Assembly (NCBI GenBank): GCA_963733375.1
Contig: CAVTDB010000009.1
Span: forward strand, 64,001 to 128,000
DNA length: 64,000 bases
Source: Nitrospirota bacterium
GTDB lineage: Bacteria > Nitrospirota > JACRHJ01
Direction of reading: 5' to 3'
A program made the translations under genes and the position numbers. The notes beneath the pieces were generated by a model. That model searched no databases and was not told the DNA's origin. It saw only the letters and a program-made list of their open reading frames with translations. Shown one piece after another: positions 63,197 to 64,000 of the stretch. Within the stretch, counting starts at the first letter, position 1. The number at the start of each line of letters is the position of its first letter.

Positions 63197-63395
63197 TTTA
63201 CCCGGAGCAGGAGCGGGCGCAGGTGCCGGAGCAGGAGCAGCGCGTGGTCGAACCGCCCATTGCCGGAGCAGCCGGAGCAGGAGCCTCGGTCGGAGCGGGA
63301 GCGGGAGCAGGCTCTTCCGCCTTCTTGCCGCAAGACGCCAAAGAAAGCACCAGTGCGCCGGATGCCAACAGCACAACCAATTTCTTCATTTTCAT
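63197..63395 (-). CDS. Small Pro/Ala-rich lipoprotein (1 frameshift)
   Basis: MKMKK-hydrophobic-LASC lipobox, then (PA)n repeats; AGGAG RBS. Confidence 0.7.
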
Positions 63396-63645
63396 TCTTC
63401 GTCTCCTTTCATTAGAGTCAACTTGCCGGGCCAGCCGGTTCCAAAACATTCCAAAAGAGTTTAGTCAAAGCGATTCCCTTTGTCAACTAAGAAATTTTAT
63501 CTTTTCTAATTTATTTCATGCAATTATAGCACAAATTCCGGTTTTTTGGAGGACGCCGGGGGACCTTCCGGAAAAACCCTTGAAGAAGGGCCTCCCCTGG
63601 GATATAATGGCGCAGGACTTTATTCCTTGGGAGAGGTGACTTAAA

Positions 63646-63879
63646 ATGTCGATTGAAAAGATAGACGCACTGGAAGAGAGGATATCGAAGGTAGTCGAGC
63701 TGGTGAAGGCCCTGAAGGAAGAAAAGCTCCGCCTCCAGGACGAGGTAACGCGCCTTGGCGAGCAACTGAAAGCCTGTCAGGCGCTGGAGGAGGAGGCCTC
63801 GGTCCTCCGGTCCGAAAAAGAGCAGGTGCGCGAGAGGCTGGAGAAGCTGCTTCAGTCCGTTGAGGGTCTGGCGGTGTAA
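63646..63879 (+). CDS. zapB: Cell division protein ZapB-like coiled coil
   Basis: LEERI..VVE....LKEE..; VRERLEKLL; directly upstream of zapA. Confidence 0.75.
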   Translation: MSIEKIDALEERISKVVELVKALKEEKLRLQDEVTRLGEQLKACQALEEEASVLRSEKEQVRERLEKLLQSVEGLAV

Positions 63880-63881
63880 CC

Positions 63882-64000
63882 ATGAAAAGTGCCGACGTGG
63901 AGATATTCGGGACTTCCTATACCGTTAAAGGCGATGCGGACCCGGAATACGTGCTGCAGCTCGCCCGGTATGTGGACGAGAAGATGCGTTCGCTCCAGAG
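63882..64000 (+). CDS. zapA: Cell division protein ZapA (partial)
   Basis: VEIFGTSYTVKG...EYVLQLARYVDEKM. Confidence 0.85.
   Translation, partial: MKSADVEIFGTSYTVKGDADPEYVLQLARYVDEKMRSLQ

Overview
A 64-kb GC-rich bacterial chromosome segment. Gene content and protein style suggest a Nitrospirota/Desulfobacterota-like organism (inference only). About half of the genes carry single-base indels, often in homopolymer runs, including essential ones such as proS, priA and several nuo genes. These are most likely long-read assembly errors, so the genes are annotated as merged CDS with approximate ends. In order, the window holds: (1) a minus-strand run GH57-VCBS protein-uppS-cdsA-dxr-rseP-ispG-proS-REC/PilZ-vanZ; (2) a CDF transporter, catalase and an NDUFA9-like SDR; (3) a hopanoid-modification cluster (hpnA, hpnI, hpnJ, ispH, with CruF-like, EamA, PagL-like, TPR and Omp85 genes); (4) tpx, a tRNA methyltransferase, hicBA and priA; (5) a heme-c/HAMP/PAS/GAF/HD-GYP sensor; (6) rpiB-glyA-dCMP deaminase-nrdR-rnfCDGEAB; (7) ribF, a flippase-like gene and DUF2723; (8) an ANTAR regulator, a hairpin/terminator leader, a DsrE-like protein and a FadL/OmpP1 porin; (9) a full nuoA-BCD-E-N operon; (10) a cytochrome c6-like gene, a Pro/Ala-rich lipoprotein, zapB and partial zapA. 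The best candidates for undescribed biology are the pseudo-receiver ANTAR/attenuator/DsrE/FadL module and several dispersed palindromic repeat families. One of these is a ~95-bp twin-hairpin element present three times inside operons; another has entered coding sequences in frame. No rRNA, tRNA, CRISPR array, transposase or prophage was seen.
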